From the NCBI RefSeq assembly GCF_006345805.1, contig NC_043000.1, forward strand, positions 56,482,001 to 56,546,000: DNA of 64,000 bases, read 5' to 3'. This stretch comes from Octopus sinensis. Taxonomy: Eukaryota. The notes beneath the pieces were generated by a model. That model was not told where the DNA came from, ran no database searches, and saw nothing but the letters and a program-made list of their open reading frames with translations. A program made the position numbers and the translations under genes. Shown here piece by piece: positions 25,393 through 38,254 of this stretch (positions are counted from its first letter, which is position 1; every line of letters begins with the position of its first letter).

Positions 25393-26310
25393 AGGGTTTA
25401 TCATAGCAGCCCAAGATCAATGCCTATCTACAAGAAACTACAAGGCCAACCTATTAAAGAATGACAGTGTGTAAACAACAAGCAGAAACCATTGATCATA
25501 TTGTCTGTATGTGCAGCCTTCTTGCACCCGCAGAGTATCTCAAAAGGCATCTCAATAGCACAGAACATTATATTCATAGGGTAATCAGCAAGGACCTGGA
25601 CCTGTCCTATGATAAAAACTGGTGGGAATCCAAATCACCTTCAGTGCTTGAAAATGATCACATCTCACTCCTTTGGAACATTACTGTTCAAACTGACAGA
25701 ACGATAGATGCAAATAGGTCAGATATTATACTGAAGAATTTCAGACAAAAATCATGACTCCTCATCAATATGACTTTTCCAATCAAGACCTACTAAAAAA
25801 TGAGCAAATATAAAGATCTTGAAATAGAAATTGGCAAAATGTGGAACCTCAAGACTAGAACAATGTCTGTTGTCATAAGTGCACTAGGGATGATAGCAAA
25901 AGGAGTTGATTGTTCCCTATCTCAGATACCAGGAAATCCAAAAATGGAAGAAATTTAAAAAATAGTGCTGATGGGAACTACTAATATCCTAAGAAAAATA
26001 TTGTCTGTGTAATTCCAAAAACATCTTAATCATAGAACATTATCAAAAGTACTTTTAAATATACATAACAGCAAATGCATTAACTGTCATCTTCAGATCA
26101 CACTACCATCTTATCATCAAATTACTTTTAATTTCCTTTTTGTTTTGACAGACACTCTCTAGAACAATGCTCCCTGCGAAGCCAAAAATATGGTACCCTA
26201 GTCATAATACCAACTTGAACTTTTAACTTGTTATCTCTCGAGGGTTCTCCATGAGACTTGGAGTCAATTTATACAAATACAAAGCAAAAGCCAAACATAT
26301 AATCATAATA
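25393..26310 (+). mobile_element. Dong/R4-clade non-LTR retrotransposon 3' portion (CCHC + RLE), 5'-truncated
   Basis: VCKQQAETIDHIVCMC...LENDHISLLWNITVQTDRTIDANRSDIILK...SKYKDLEIEIGKMWNLKTRTMSVVISALG...KIVLMGTTNILRKILSV* (stop at 26010-12). The 3' UTR contains a gagacttgga motif; a (TAA)n array lies upstream and taatcataataa downstream. Confidence 0.88.
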
Positions 26311-26475
26311 AATGCCCTGATGCACTACCAGGCAGTGGCTCTCATGGCTTCTGATCTTAACTGATTAAAAGTGTTATCATGTACATGTTTTGTCTTGGTA
26401 TAAAAGATGGGCTACAGCAAATATTCTGCTCAACACCACAGATTTGCTTGTCAGTTGTTTGACCATAACCAGTTG
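26311..26475 (+). mobile_element. Repeat family E 5' part, directly after the Dong 3' end
   Basis: aatgccctgatgcactaccaggcagtggctctcatggcttctgatcttaactg is colinear with 23121 onward. Confidence 0.75.
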
Positions 26476-26938
26476 GAGGTCTGATTCAAACAATTTTACA
26501 GGCCCAACCATCCAATGTCCTACAATGCTGTCAGTCAGCATGTATCTGCCTCTCCAGGTGCCAAGCTGCAGGCCCAACGACTTTACAAGATTAATCTTTG
26601 CTCCTGTTACTTCCTCGTATTCTTTCACAGTAGAGCTGACCAGGTCTATGTGCTCATCATCCAACACTATGATGGTGACATCGTCTGCATATGCTGACAC
26701 TACACTCCCACATCTTAGTTCATGCCAGATGCTTCTCAACAACTCCAGTTTTCAAAGTAATGGCTTATGGGTTAGTACATACAAAAGGGACAAGAGTGGG
26801 CACCATTGATGGACCAAATGCACGATGTTGAATGGTTCCGATAGGTGACCATTCACCCAGACTGCCAAGCAGATGTCACTGTACATGGCAGCGATCCAAC
26901 CATGGAAAACCCAGACCGAAACCAGCTGCCACATATTG
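26469..26938 (-). mobile_element. L1/Tx1-clade reverse transcriptase fragment
   Basis: WIAAMYSDI...VNGHLSEPF...QWCPLLSLLYVL..PLL (QGCPLSP motif), then SAYADDVTII...EYEEVTGAKINLVKS.GL.LGTW; frameshifted. Confidence 0.85.
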
Positions 26939-26939
26939 A

Positions 26940-26980
<41 letters not shown>

Positions 26981-27600
26981 ATACTGCCCTAGGTGTATGG
27001 AAAACACTCAGCGAGAAACGGAAGAAAATTTGAAGAAAGAAGAAAAAAACATAATAATAATAATAATAATAATACAACTACACATTATGTATTGAGTATT
27101 TTGCTTAAATGGGAACATACAACAATTATTCACCCTTGTACACACATATACACAACATATACACACACAAACACACGTGTGTGTATGTTTGTGTGTGCAT
27201 AGAAGGTACATCCTGGTTTTGGAAATGTAATTCTCCAAAAACAAAAAAAAATTATTTAGACTTTCCACTGCAGCTCCTATCACATTTCCCAGGAGAGCTA
27301 GGTGGGCTCAGGCTAAATATCTGTCATAAAACAAAATTAGCAGGCAAGCAGGCAAAACCAGATAAACCAGCAGAGTGCTTATACCTGTTAAATGAAATCA
27401 CCAGACAATGGACATACAGTGTTACAATATTTTGCATTTGGATTTAGTCTGCAAGATTCTTGATGTGAAAATGCATGTTGAACAGACTTGGTTGTGTCCC
27501 AGGAGGGTCATTATCCCAATAACAAACACACACACACACTGGTTCGCATGATTAACAAAGTGATCAGTTAGTTGTCTTGTCAAATGATTAACTAGTTGAC

Positions 27601-27617
27601 TAATAATAATAATAATA

Positions 27618-27659
<42 letters not shown>

Positions 27660-27660
27660 G

Positions 27661-27706
<46 letters not shown>

Positions 27707-27721
27707 TATTATTATTATTAT
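27601..27721. repeat. (AAT)6(GAT)13-GGT-(CAT)15(TAT)5 trinucleotide palindrome
   Basis: Direct count from the sequence. Confidence 0.9.
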
Positions 27722-28499
27722 CATAAGAAGAAGAATAAAAGAAATAAAACAGAACCACAAGCTGCAGTTTTATTGGCATAAAGATTCACTCAAAAGACAA
27801 CAAAATACTCCACTACATCAAGTTTCAATGCAAAATTATATTTATGCCTTCTTGATACACCTGCCAGAGATGAGGGAGATAATTTGTTGGACTAAAAATG
27901 GCTTGTGACACCAGTGAAGGCCAGATATTGAATGAGCAAAGTTCTACACATTCAAATGAGAAAAAAAACAAAAAATTTCTGTTTATTGAGATGAGAAGCC
28001 AACCATTCACAATTTTTTATACATGGTTCTTCATACCACTGCCATTAATAAACAAACAGTACAGCAGCAATAACAGTGTAGTTGCAGTAGCCTTTAAAAA
28101 AAAAAGATTTTTATTTACTGAGTAATTATAATTCTATTGTTGTATTTCGAGATGGCTTTTTTTTTTCTTGCCAAATAAACACACGCACTATATATTCATT
28201 CTTCATTCATTCATTATTGTTCTTATTTTATCATATTGATATGGGATGGAAGACATGCTGAAGAGGTCACAGATGTGTGACAAAAAATTTTCCAGACAAT
28301 GGACATAAAATAAAATAAGAACAACAATAAATGAGTCAAAAATAAATATATAGTACATGTGTTTATTTGGCAAGGAATAAAAAGAAAAATGCCCTTCCTG
28401 ATATATATATAACAATATCTGTTTCACTGCATGATTTGACATCAGGAATCTTGCAAAACAAATTCATAAACACATAATTCTATTCATATTAGTTTCAAA

Positions 28500-28706
28500 T
28501 TTTGGCACAGGGCCAGTAATTTCAGGGGAAGAGCTAAGGCAATTGCATCAACCCTGGAGTTCAACTGGTATTTATTTCATCAAACTTGAAAGGATGAAAA
28601 GCAAAAGTCAACCTCAGCAGAATTTGAACTCTGTACATAAAAGACAGATGAAATATCACTAAGCATTTTGCCTGGTGTGCTAACTGTTCTGCAAGCTCAC
28701 TGCCTT
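28500..28706 (-). mobile_element. SINE family B
   Basis: ggatgaaaagcaaaagtcaacctcagcagaatttgaactc...gcattttgcctggtgtgctaac. Confidence 0.8.
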
Positions 28707-29584
28707 GTCCTTTTCTATTAATCATTGATATGCTAAGAAGTGTGCTTTTTGATACTGTTATTGTATACACCTTTGAGTAAATTTATTGTAGGTAGCAGTA
28801 CATGTTTAAGCTGGGATTGTGTATGTATTTTCACACACAAGCATTTGTAAATAATTATCTATGCAATCTCTCTAAGTTCTCTATATTTAATAAAGCATTC
28901 AACATTTTTCACATGTTTTATAGTAAAGAAAATACTTGCATTTATCAAGTAATGGTATAACAGGCTTTATAAGAATGTTGATTTCAGATAAACCTAAGAC
29001 AATCACAGCAACAACTTCTCAGCTAGTATCATGAAAGATGCATGGTAATTTTCAAAGAAATATTGTTTTTACAAAAAAACAGAAACAAAACCAAAGGCAT
29101 CTTCCATGCCACAAAACATAGTATGTATGCATGTGGCAGACCTAACTATGGGTTAAATAGATTTCCTATGGGTAGAGAAGACCCCTGTTAATTTTCATAA
29201 AGCTGTGGGGAAGGCAGCTCTTCTGGGAGAAAGATGCTCTGAGATAGAACTTGCAGTCAAAATATTTCCTGTCATCTTGCAATGCTTGTCACTGGAACCT
29301 ACTATGACAACCAATAGAGTGACAAAAGTGTCAGAAACAAACTTCTATTTGTTAAATCCAGTGATGCACAGATGTCTCACTATTCATTTCATTTCTTGGT
29401 CCATTTTTGCATTTATGAAGGCAAGTCAGAACAATCAGGTTGCACATAAGATAATTATCATCTAAGACACAGAAATCATCATCAAGTATGTATAAGTGTA
29501 TCTGTGTGAGGGGGGAGGAGGTTGTTTATTTGTTTTGTTTCACCCTTCAGCATCCTGATTACTCTACAAATGTAATGCTTATTT

Positions 29585-29940
29585 ACTCTTGTTTCAGTCA
29601 TTTGACTGTGGCCATGCTGGAGCACCGCCTTCAGTCAAGCACATCGACCCCAGGACTTATTCTTTGTAAGTCTATTACTTATTCTATCAGCCCCTTTTGC
29701 TGAACCGCTAGGTTATGGGGACAAACACAGACACACAAAAATACACACACATACATATATATATATATATACATACGACGGGCTTCTTTCAGTTTCCGTC
29801 TACCAAATCCACTCACAAGGCTTTGGTCAGCCCGAGGTTATAGTAAAAGACACTTGCCCAAGGTGCCACGCAGTGGGACTGAACCCAGAACCATGTGGTT
29901 CATAAGCAAGCTACTTACCACACAGCCACTCCTACACCTA
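29585..29940 (-). mobile_element. SINE family A with small internal deletion
   Basis: ttatggggacaaacac joins two segments that are about 35 bp apart in other copies. Confidence 0.85.
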
Positions 29941-29944
29941 TTTC

Positions 29945-30350
29945 TTCATCATCATCAGCATCATCATCATCATCATTTAACGTCCACTTTCCATGCTGGC
30001 ATGGGTTAGATGGTTTGATTGAAACTAGGAAGCCAGAGGGCTGCATCAGGTTTCAGTCTGATTTGGCATGGTTTCTATGGCATGATGCCCTTCCTAATGC
30101 CAACCACTGCAAGATTGTAATGGGAGCTTTTCAGATGGCATCGGCATGGGTACCATTTCCATGACACCAGCCACAACTGTGATTCCACAAGTACCATTTA
30201 CATGACACTGGCAATGGTCATAACTACAACATCACTTGGCTTGATGAGTCTTCACAAGCACACCAGATCACCAAAGGTCTCAAACACCAGTCATCACTTC
30301 TGTGAGGCCCAAAATTCGAGGATCATGCTGCTGGTAATGGCCATGATTAC
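29945..30350 (-). mobile_element. RTE LINE 3' end
   Basis: (CAT)n tail and UTR; the minus strand encodes HDPRILGLTEVMT..DLW..VLVKTHQAK*. Confidence 0.75.
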
Positions 30351-30364
30351 AATTTCATGAGTGC

Positions 30365-30789
30365 CATTCACATTGTTTTAAATTTATCCTATATTGTTAT
30401 TTCTTTATTGCCCACAAGGGGCTAAACATAGAGAGGACAAACAAGGACAGACAAAGGGATTAATTCGATTACATCGACCCCAGTGCCTAACTGGTACTTA
30501 TTTAATCGACCACGAAAGGATGAAAGGCTAAGTCGACCTCAGCGGAATTTGAACTCAGAATGTAGCGGCAGAAGAAATACCGCTAAGCATTTCGCCAGTG
30601 TGCTAACATTTCTGCCAGCTTGCCACCTTAATCCTGTATTGTCTCATAATTTCAAGATATCAATGATGTGATTGTTTATTTTTAGAATGACATTGTAGGG
30701 TAAGTGTGAGAGGCCAGATCTGGCAGGTTTGAACATAAACCAGGTAGAATATTTGGGCCAAATGTGGTCGATTTGAATGCTAAAAGGTC
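30365..30789. mobile_element. piggyBac-like MITE remnant interrupted by SINE B
   Basis: gaatgacattgtagggtaagtgtgagagg...gaatgctaaaaggtcaa, as in 11940-12083. Confidence 0.65.
30398..30630 (-). mobile_element. SINE family B, full length, TSD-flanked
   Basis: TSD atcctatattgt (30386-97) / atcctgtattgt (30631-42). Confidence 0.9.
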
Positions 30790-31912
30790 AAGGTTTGTTT
30801 TCTATGCTAGACTAGCTTAGAAGGGAGATTACTGAGACAGTATATTTACAGCCAGATGCTCTTCCAGTAGCCAACACTAACTTGTTTTTTGAGAAAAGGA
30901 TATTTTTTTTAAAAGAAGAACTGGAAAAGATGCAACTAGTCGATAATTAGATGAGTCAACAAATATCACCAGTTGCAAACCAACCACAAACAATGATGTC
31001 ACCATCTGTAACCATAGTTCAGCACGGTTTGTAAATTTTCACACACACACACACACCACCGCCACCACCACCACCACAAACTCATACACACCATATGTTG
31101 TCCAAAGGGAGAGAGGAGCTGCTCCTTCATTTATAAGCCTCATGAGTCCAAACACATTCTGTGCAAAGGGCAAGGAGCTGGAACAAATACTGAAATATCA
31201 TGACACATTCTATCAAATATTCTAATGGCTTAACGAAATGACTACATTATATACATACATACATACATATATACACACACACATATACATGCATACATTT
31301 ATACACATACACATATACACACACACACATATATACATTCCGATACATAAAGACATATATATATATATAAACTAGCATACACACATGAATATATGCTTTC
31401 ATATATATATATAAATATATCATACACACACGCGTATATATATGTGTGTGTGTGCACATATGTATCTACACATATATGTGTGTGTGTAAAACATCTCAGC
31501 ATGTGTATGTATGTGCATACATACGCATGCCTACGTGTAGCCACACACATCTATGGACCTCAGACATATAAATACAAGAATATTATCTCATCACCACCAC
31601 CAAAAATGGTTGGTTTAGTTTGTGTTTGTGAGTGTGTGTGTGTGTATAGGGGACAAATTTAATATCTTCTCTGCCACTCCATTTGAAATAATTCCATAAG
31701 AACAGATGATGTATTAAAATGTGAAAAAAAAGGGATGTCATGTGTTAGAAAGCAGAGGAAAGGTGGATTGGAGAGAGAAAAAAATATAAATTTTCTTACC
31801 ATTTTTAAGGTTTTTTTTTTAAATTTTTTTTTTTTTATTGGATTTTCAAGATTTAAACCAAATTTAATTAATACATTATTTTCTCTATCTGCTATCACCC
31901 CCCTACCTTCTC

Positions 31913-31960
<48 letters not shown>

Positions 31961-33084
31961 TCTCTTACTCTCTATTTCATTACAACCTTTCTTTCTGGTT
32001 ACTTCTCAATTTTTCCCCACCGTCTTTTCCGCACTGTCCTTAAATACAAACCACAACCCATCAAGCCCTGCACCACTCATTTCTCAAGTATGAAACTAAA
32101 TATGAATTATGGCTAAGTGTGAAGTGGTGTTTATCAGAAACGATTTCCCACCCCACCTACCAACCAACCAACCAACCAACCAACCAACCAACAAACACCC
32201 ATCTTACAGGACACCCCATCTGCACACGCATACACACACATATGCACATGCACATACACATACACAACCACACACATATGCATGCACGTACACACACATA
32301 CACATGCATACACAAACACACACATTTTGCTTGCTTCCATCCTTTGACAGCTCATCTAAAATACTTCACAAGACACATGGATATTGATGATTGTCAGAAA
32401 ACCTATATGACCTACACATGGTCTGTCTCTGCAACCTACCACCAGCACCACTACCACCAGCACCACTACCACCACTGCTGCTGCCACCACCGCCATCACC
32501 ACCTTTGCTGACACTATAACTATCATCACTACAAACGTCAACATTCAACACCATGACCACCACTATTACCATGATCATCATCCTCATCATCATCATCACC
32601 ACCACTTCCACTGCCACCAACAACAAACAAAACCACCATCACATACACTACCAACATAACCACTGTCAGCACCACCATCACCACCACCACCACCACCATC
32701 ATCATCACTATCACACTATCACCACCACTATTGTCTTCACCACAATCACCACCACTATACTAACCTCATAACCACCACCATCCACTAAATCAATCTCTAA
32801 TAAAGGAGACAACTTGGCGCCAGAGGTTGGTGGGGACAATTGGAGAAAGGTTAAGAAAGGGGAGGGTGATTGTTTGCTCTGGTTCCTGCTTTGCTTCATG
32901 TCTTTTTTTCCTTTTTTGCTTTATAAGAAAACATTTGCAATCTATATGAGGGTATGTATGTATATATATATACAGATTATATATGTTTGTATATGTGTGG
33001 ACATTCACAGATATGTATGCATATACATACATACATTACATTACATACCTATGTATCTATCCATGTATTTAATATCATCCGTCA

Positions 33085-33290
33085 TCATCCTTTAACATCT
33101 ATTTTCCATGCTGGCATGGGTGGGACAGTTTGACCAGAGCTGGCAAGCCGGAGAGCTGCACCAGGTTCCAGTCTGATTTTGCTTGATTTCAGTGGCTGGA
33201 TGCTCTTTCCAACACCAACCATTTTACAGTGTGTGCTGGATGCTTTTATCCTAGCACTGACACCAGCCCTTTTATGAGACACTGACACTG
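33085..33290 (-). mobile_element. RTE LINE 3' UTR
   Basis: ttccatgctggcatgggtgggacagtttgaccagagc...ggctggatgctcttt. Confidence 0.75.
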
Positions 33291-33369
33291 TAATAACCTT
33301 ATAACCTTACAATGTGCATCTCAAAGCTCTAACTAAATAGCACCATCTGATAAAATCTGTTAAGTCATG

Positions 33370-33940
33370 TTTAAGTCAAGTTTTGTGGTATATAGGCCCA
33401 TTTAAGTAGGGAATTGTTATTGACTGAGATGTATCCATGTATAGGTAGCTTGTCTGGGATTCTTTGAAGAAATTTACCCAGATATAATTTGAATGTGGTA
33501 GGCTCTTTTTCTTCTATGATTTGTTTTGGGATGATATCAAATAGAGAAGGGTCTGTTGAGGAAAAGCAATCATGTTGCAGTGAATTTCTGTGTTGTGAGC
33601 TTGTGTAGGGGCTGTACAGCATGGAGCCCTAGTCTTGTATGAATTCTGAATTTGATGTTCATGTTGTTTGGGCAATGTTGATGGTAAATTCTCTATTATC
33701 CAAATGATGTAATCATGTCAACATTGCAGAGAATAAAGTTTCAATGTTCTGAAATGATCCCAATAATCAAGATCAGTCATGCCTTTTAATTTTTTAATAA
33801 TTGCTCTATTCTCATAATATTTCGTTTTATATGAGCAGGTCACAGAGGCCAGCAGTATTCTATGCATAGCTATACAAAGAAGGAGCAAAGGGGAACGATG
33901 ACATACAAGTCTCTGAACCAGAAAGTGCTGAGGATCCAGG
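33370..33940 (-). mobile_element. L2/CR1-group LINE ORF2 C-terminal fragment
   Basis: Minus strand: GMTDLDYWD.FRTLKLYSLQ...RIHTRLGL...DPSLFDIIPKQI..EKEPTTFKLYLGKFLQRIPDKLPIHGYISVNNNSLLKWA, typical of CR1/L2 C-termini. Confidence 0.8.
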
Positions 33941-34624
33941 AGCTCGCCCAGTAAGCCATATTAACTTTATTGCAATGTGAACGTGAGCAGATATACATGA
34001 TTACAGGTAAGTTCACCACCATCAATTCATTATGACGAAAGTTCACTGTGAGAAAAGTTTACCAAGAAAATATATCCATAGTATCTCACCATTAAACAGT
34101 TAAAAAATATTTTATTGAGAAAGATAAAAAAAAAACAAGAGAAAAATGTAACTTGAAAAATAAAAAAAAACCATATGGTGAACTTTCCATACTGTACATG
34201 GATATACATGCATATGTGTAAACATGCAAGTGTGCATGTGTATTCAAGAGGGCAAAAAAATATATAAAAATATATAATTTGGCAAAGGAAGATAACTTAG
34301 AATATCTGTCCTTACCACCCTTCAACTTAAATTATTTTTGCACTGTCTCAAGATCTAACCACATTAGTTTTTTTTTATTTTCATAAGCTACCTATAAAAA
34401 AATAACTTACACCTCCATAAACATGTCAACTTATATTTTCTGAAGATTACTGCCAATATCATATCTATCTATCTACACACACACACACACGAGCAATATA
34501 CATGAATCCATTATGACTAAATTTATAAGAATGCATACCATACTACATACACACACATACATATATGTATATATGCATACATCTATCTATCACTTTTTCT
34601 CTCTCTCTGTATATATATATATAC

Positions 34625-34675
<51 letters not shown>

Positions 34676-35656
34676 CACATGCATAAAGAAAGAGAAAAAT
34701 AATAAGAAATAAAAATGTATACCCCTCTCTATATACATAAGATCATAAAGAGTGCTAGAGAGCAGCATACATATGTGCACATATGTATATGATGAACTAC
34801 AGATATACATACATGCACCTTCATATATATATGTATATTTGTAGAGTGTGTATATGAGTGTGAGTGTATAGATGCACACATACACATGAGAATTACTTAA
34901 GTGAGTATATGTAAAAGGCAACTGGATAAAGAGAGTGGGGGTGGTTAGATGCATAAAGAAGACAGATATATGACCGTGGTGGTCACAGATTTCCTTTAAT
35001 GACAACTATTCAGTATTTTCCATGCCATTTGTCTGTCAAGAAGATTTTGCTACATAAACACTTCTAACTAAAATAGCAATAAATTAAAGAAAAGTAAGAA
35101 ATGAAACTGTGTGAAGTGAATTTCTCTTAATGTGAAAGAGATTAGAGCAAAACAACTGTTTCTATACAGAAGATATAAAATACATTTTTTTTGGTTTTAA
35201 GTGAGATGGAACAAGTTTCTTGTATTCAAAAGTGTCAGGGTCGTCTGTCTAGCAGTCTGTTTGTTTGCACTATCTGTTTAGAATGGAACATTAGATAATA
35301 GCTATTATTAAACACAAAAAATTTGCCTTTAAATTGGATATTCTAGGATATCCAGTTGTCTTATGTTATGTCAACATTATCTCTCAACAAACTGCCCTGC
35401 AGCTTTGTACTTTTGAAGAAACAGAAATCCCCTACTTAAAACAGGTGATGTTTACTGAAATGACATTCAGCTGTAAAATAACACCTCAATAATAAGCATT
35501 CATCCAAACCTTGGCAGCATGGATGAAAAACAAATGAATGAAGAAAGAGACTACATGGTATTTAACCTAACATAATGATAAGAAGACAGAGGGGTGGTGT
35601 TTCTTTCCTACTGTGTCACATCTGTGCACACATTAACACATATTCATATATATATA

Positions 35657-36261
35657 TTGGGCTGGTAAGAAAGTAATTTCGTTTTTCACAAATAGAGTTA
35701 CGACTTTTGAATGACTTTTGTCAATGTTATGATTTTTTCCTTTTAACATTTGATAGCTGTTACTTTTAGCTTACTTTAGAAGCAAATTGCGCATAATTTT
35801 GTTTACAACTATTAGTTCAATGTCAATTTTAACATGGAGAGCAAAAACGAACATTTTCAGCATATTTTACTTTTTTATTTCTGTAAAGGCATGAAAGCTG
35901 CTGAGGCTCACAAAAAGATATGTAATAAATTCCATTCTGGAGATTTTTCACTCAAAGATGACCAACATTTTGGTCGACCTATTGAAGTTGATCATGACCG
36001 ACTTAAAGTCATAATTGAATATGACTGCCATGAAACTGTGCGACACATTGTAGAGAAGTTAAATGTATCACACACAACAATTGGAAATCACTTAAAATGT
36101 CTTGGACTTGTTAAGAAGCTCAATATTTAGGTTCCGCATAAATTGAAAGAGATTCACTCAACATAACTAATCAACATTTGTGATATGCATCTCAAATACT
36201 ATGAAATTGACCTTTTCTTTAAATAAATCATCACTGGTGATTAAAAATGGAATGTCTACAA
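35657..36261 (+). mobile_element. mariner transposon 5' half, degenerate
   Basis: TA followed by TIR-like ttgggctggtaagaaagtaatttcg; MESKNEHFQHILLFYF.KG..AAEAHKKIC...GDFSLKDD..GRP...VPHKLKE...IITGD*KW, with an internal deletion and stops. Confidence 0.85.
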
Positions 36262-36330
36262 CAGTGGTTCTCAAAGTGGGCAGTGTTGCACCCTCTGGGG
36301 GCAGTGGAAAGTTCCAAGGAGTCATTGAAG
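36262..36330 (+). mobile_element. hAT/Charlie-like terminus truncating the mariner
   Basis: cagtggttctcaaagtggg is a typical hAT-Charlie 5' TIR; no partner TIR was found. Confidence 0.45.
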
Positions 36331-36513
36331 AAAAGCAGGGTGATGATGGGGTAGCAATTCATGTAAAAATTGGGGCAATAATGAGGTGGCAATTCATGTA
36401 AAAATAACAAAATAATGGGTTCATTTGGTTAAGTTTTATTTGTGAAATACAATTGCTTTGAATTTGCTTTGGAAAGAGGTCTATGTATAAAGACACACAC
36501 ACACACACATATA

Positions 36514-36735
36514 CAGTAGTACCTTGACTATCATGGGTGTTACATTCCAAAACACCTCCATAATAGGTGAAAATCTGCAAAGTAGAAAAAGTAATGTACT
36601 GTATATTTTTTAAATATTTTTATAATTTGTGTATATTTATTTTATTATAAATGCAATACAACACCATGCAGGAATGAACGTGAGCTTAAATAATAAACTG
36701 CGATAGGTGAACCACAATGTGGTGAGAGATTACTG
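36514..36735 (+). mobile_element. pogo/Tigger-like MITE
   Basis: TA on both sides (36512-13, 36736-37); CAGTA...TACTG termini; second copy at 14085-14264. Confidence 0.72.
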
Positions 36736-37014
36736 TACATATATATATATATATATATATATCTTTATATATATATATGTAAATAAGAGGGTTGTAGTTC
36801 ACTTGAAGCACTGTAATATTGAAGAAGGTAAAAAGACAGAAAAAAAAACTTCTCACAATGCTGTAAGTTTTATAAAGCCTTTATATTTCAAGTGCAAGAT
36901 GGGCCTTTGTGCCTGAAATATAAAGGTTTTATAAACGTCTCCACATTGTCAGAAGTTTTCTATTTTCTCTTTTCATACTTTCTTCTATATAAATACACAC
37001 ACACACACACAAAC

Positions 37015-37155
37015 AATAAGCTTCCACAGTTTCCATCTACCAAACTCCATCACAAAGTATGAGTCGCCATGGGGCAATAGTAGAAGACACTTGCCCAAGG
37101 TGCCACACACAATGGAACTGAACCCAAACCATATGGCTGCAAGGCAAGCTTCTTA
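37015..37155 (-). mobile_element. SINE family A 5' half
   Basis: gaagacacttgcccaaggtgccacac. Confidence 0.75.
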
Positions 37156-37627
37156 ACCAAACAACCATGCTTGTACATATATATATATATATACACACAC
37201 ACTCATAAACATTAAATTAGTGATTAATTGAAAACTTTACATAGCGAATTTTGACAACACAATATCATATCAGACAGCATCTAGCAATATCCCTTAGATA
37301 ATACTATACCAATTACAACAACTAATACCACTACATTTTACAATATGATATCACATCATATTCATTGGGAATATCTATCATACAATAGCTAATCAATAAC
37401 AATGTCATTTCATATCAAATCCACTTGTGTAATATATAACACACTCAATCAGACAATATCATAATAACAGATCCTAAAATATCCAATCAGTCAGAATCAC
37501 TCTGACACACACACTCACACATATAAGTATATATATGTATGTATTTATGTATTTGTGATACATATGTGTGTGTATGTGTGCATGTGTATGTATGTATGTA
37601 TGTATGTATGTATGTATGTATGTATAT

Positions 37628-37666
<39 letters not shown>

Positions 37667-37669
<3 letters not shown>

Positions 37670-37807
37670 TGCAGGCATAGCTGTGTGGTAAGAAGTTTGC
37701 TTCCTGCTCACATGGTGGCACCTTGGGCAAGTTTCTTTTCCTATAGGCTTGGGCTGACCGAAACCTCATGAGTAAATTTGGTAGACAGAAACTCAAAGAG
37801 GGTCATC

Positions 37808-37839
<32 letters not shown>

Positions 37840-38110
37840 AGGCACAGTAAAAGTTGAAGGGTGAGAAGATTACTTCCAAACTACATGGTCTTGGTTTCAG
37901 CCCCACTTCATGACACCTTGTGCAAGTATCTTCTACAGCAGCACCTGTATGACCAAAGCCTTGTGAGTTGATTTGGTTGATGGAAACTCAAAGAAGCCCA
38001 TCGCATATGTACGTATTGCATAGGCATATCTATGAACGTTTGTGAGTGTAGGGATGTAAACAAACCAACACCTGTTGCCAAGTTGTGCTGGGGGACAAAC
38101 AAAGACACAC
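37667..38110 (+). mobile_element. Two partial SINE family A copies (37667-37808, 37838-38110)
   Basis: Heads gtgcaggcatagctgtgtggtaag and gtaggcacag..., with CORE-like accttgggcaagt / accttgtgcaagt. Confidence 0.7.
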
Positions 38111-38214
38111 ATACATACATATACATATATGCATGCATGCATATATACATATATATACATATACATATACATGCATGCATATATACATATATATACATAT
38201 ACATATACATATAC

Positions 38215-38249
<35 letters not shown>

Positions 38250-38254
<5 letters not shown>

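Noticed and set aside
29100-29170. Minus-strand LGLPHAYIL resembling Helitron Rep motif GLPHAHIL
   Set aside because: The flanking EFQKR and upstream motifs are absent; likely a chance match.
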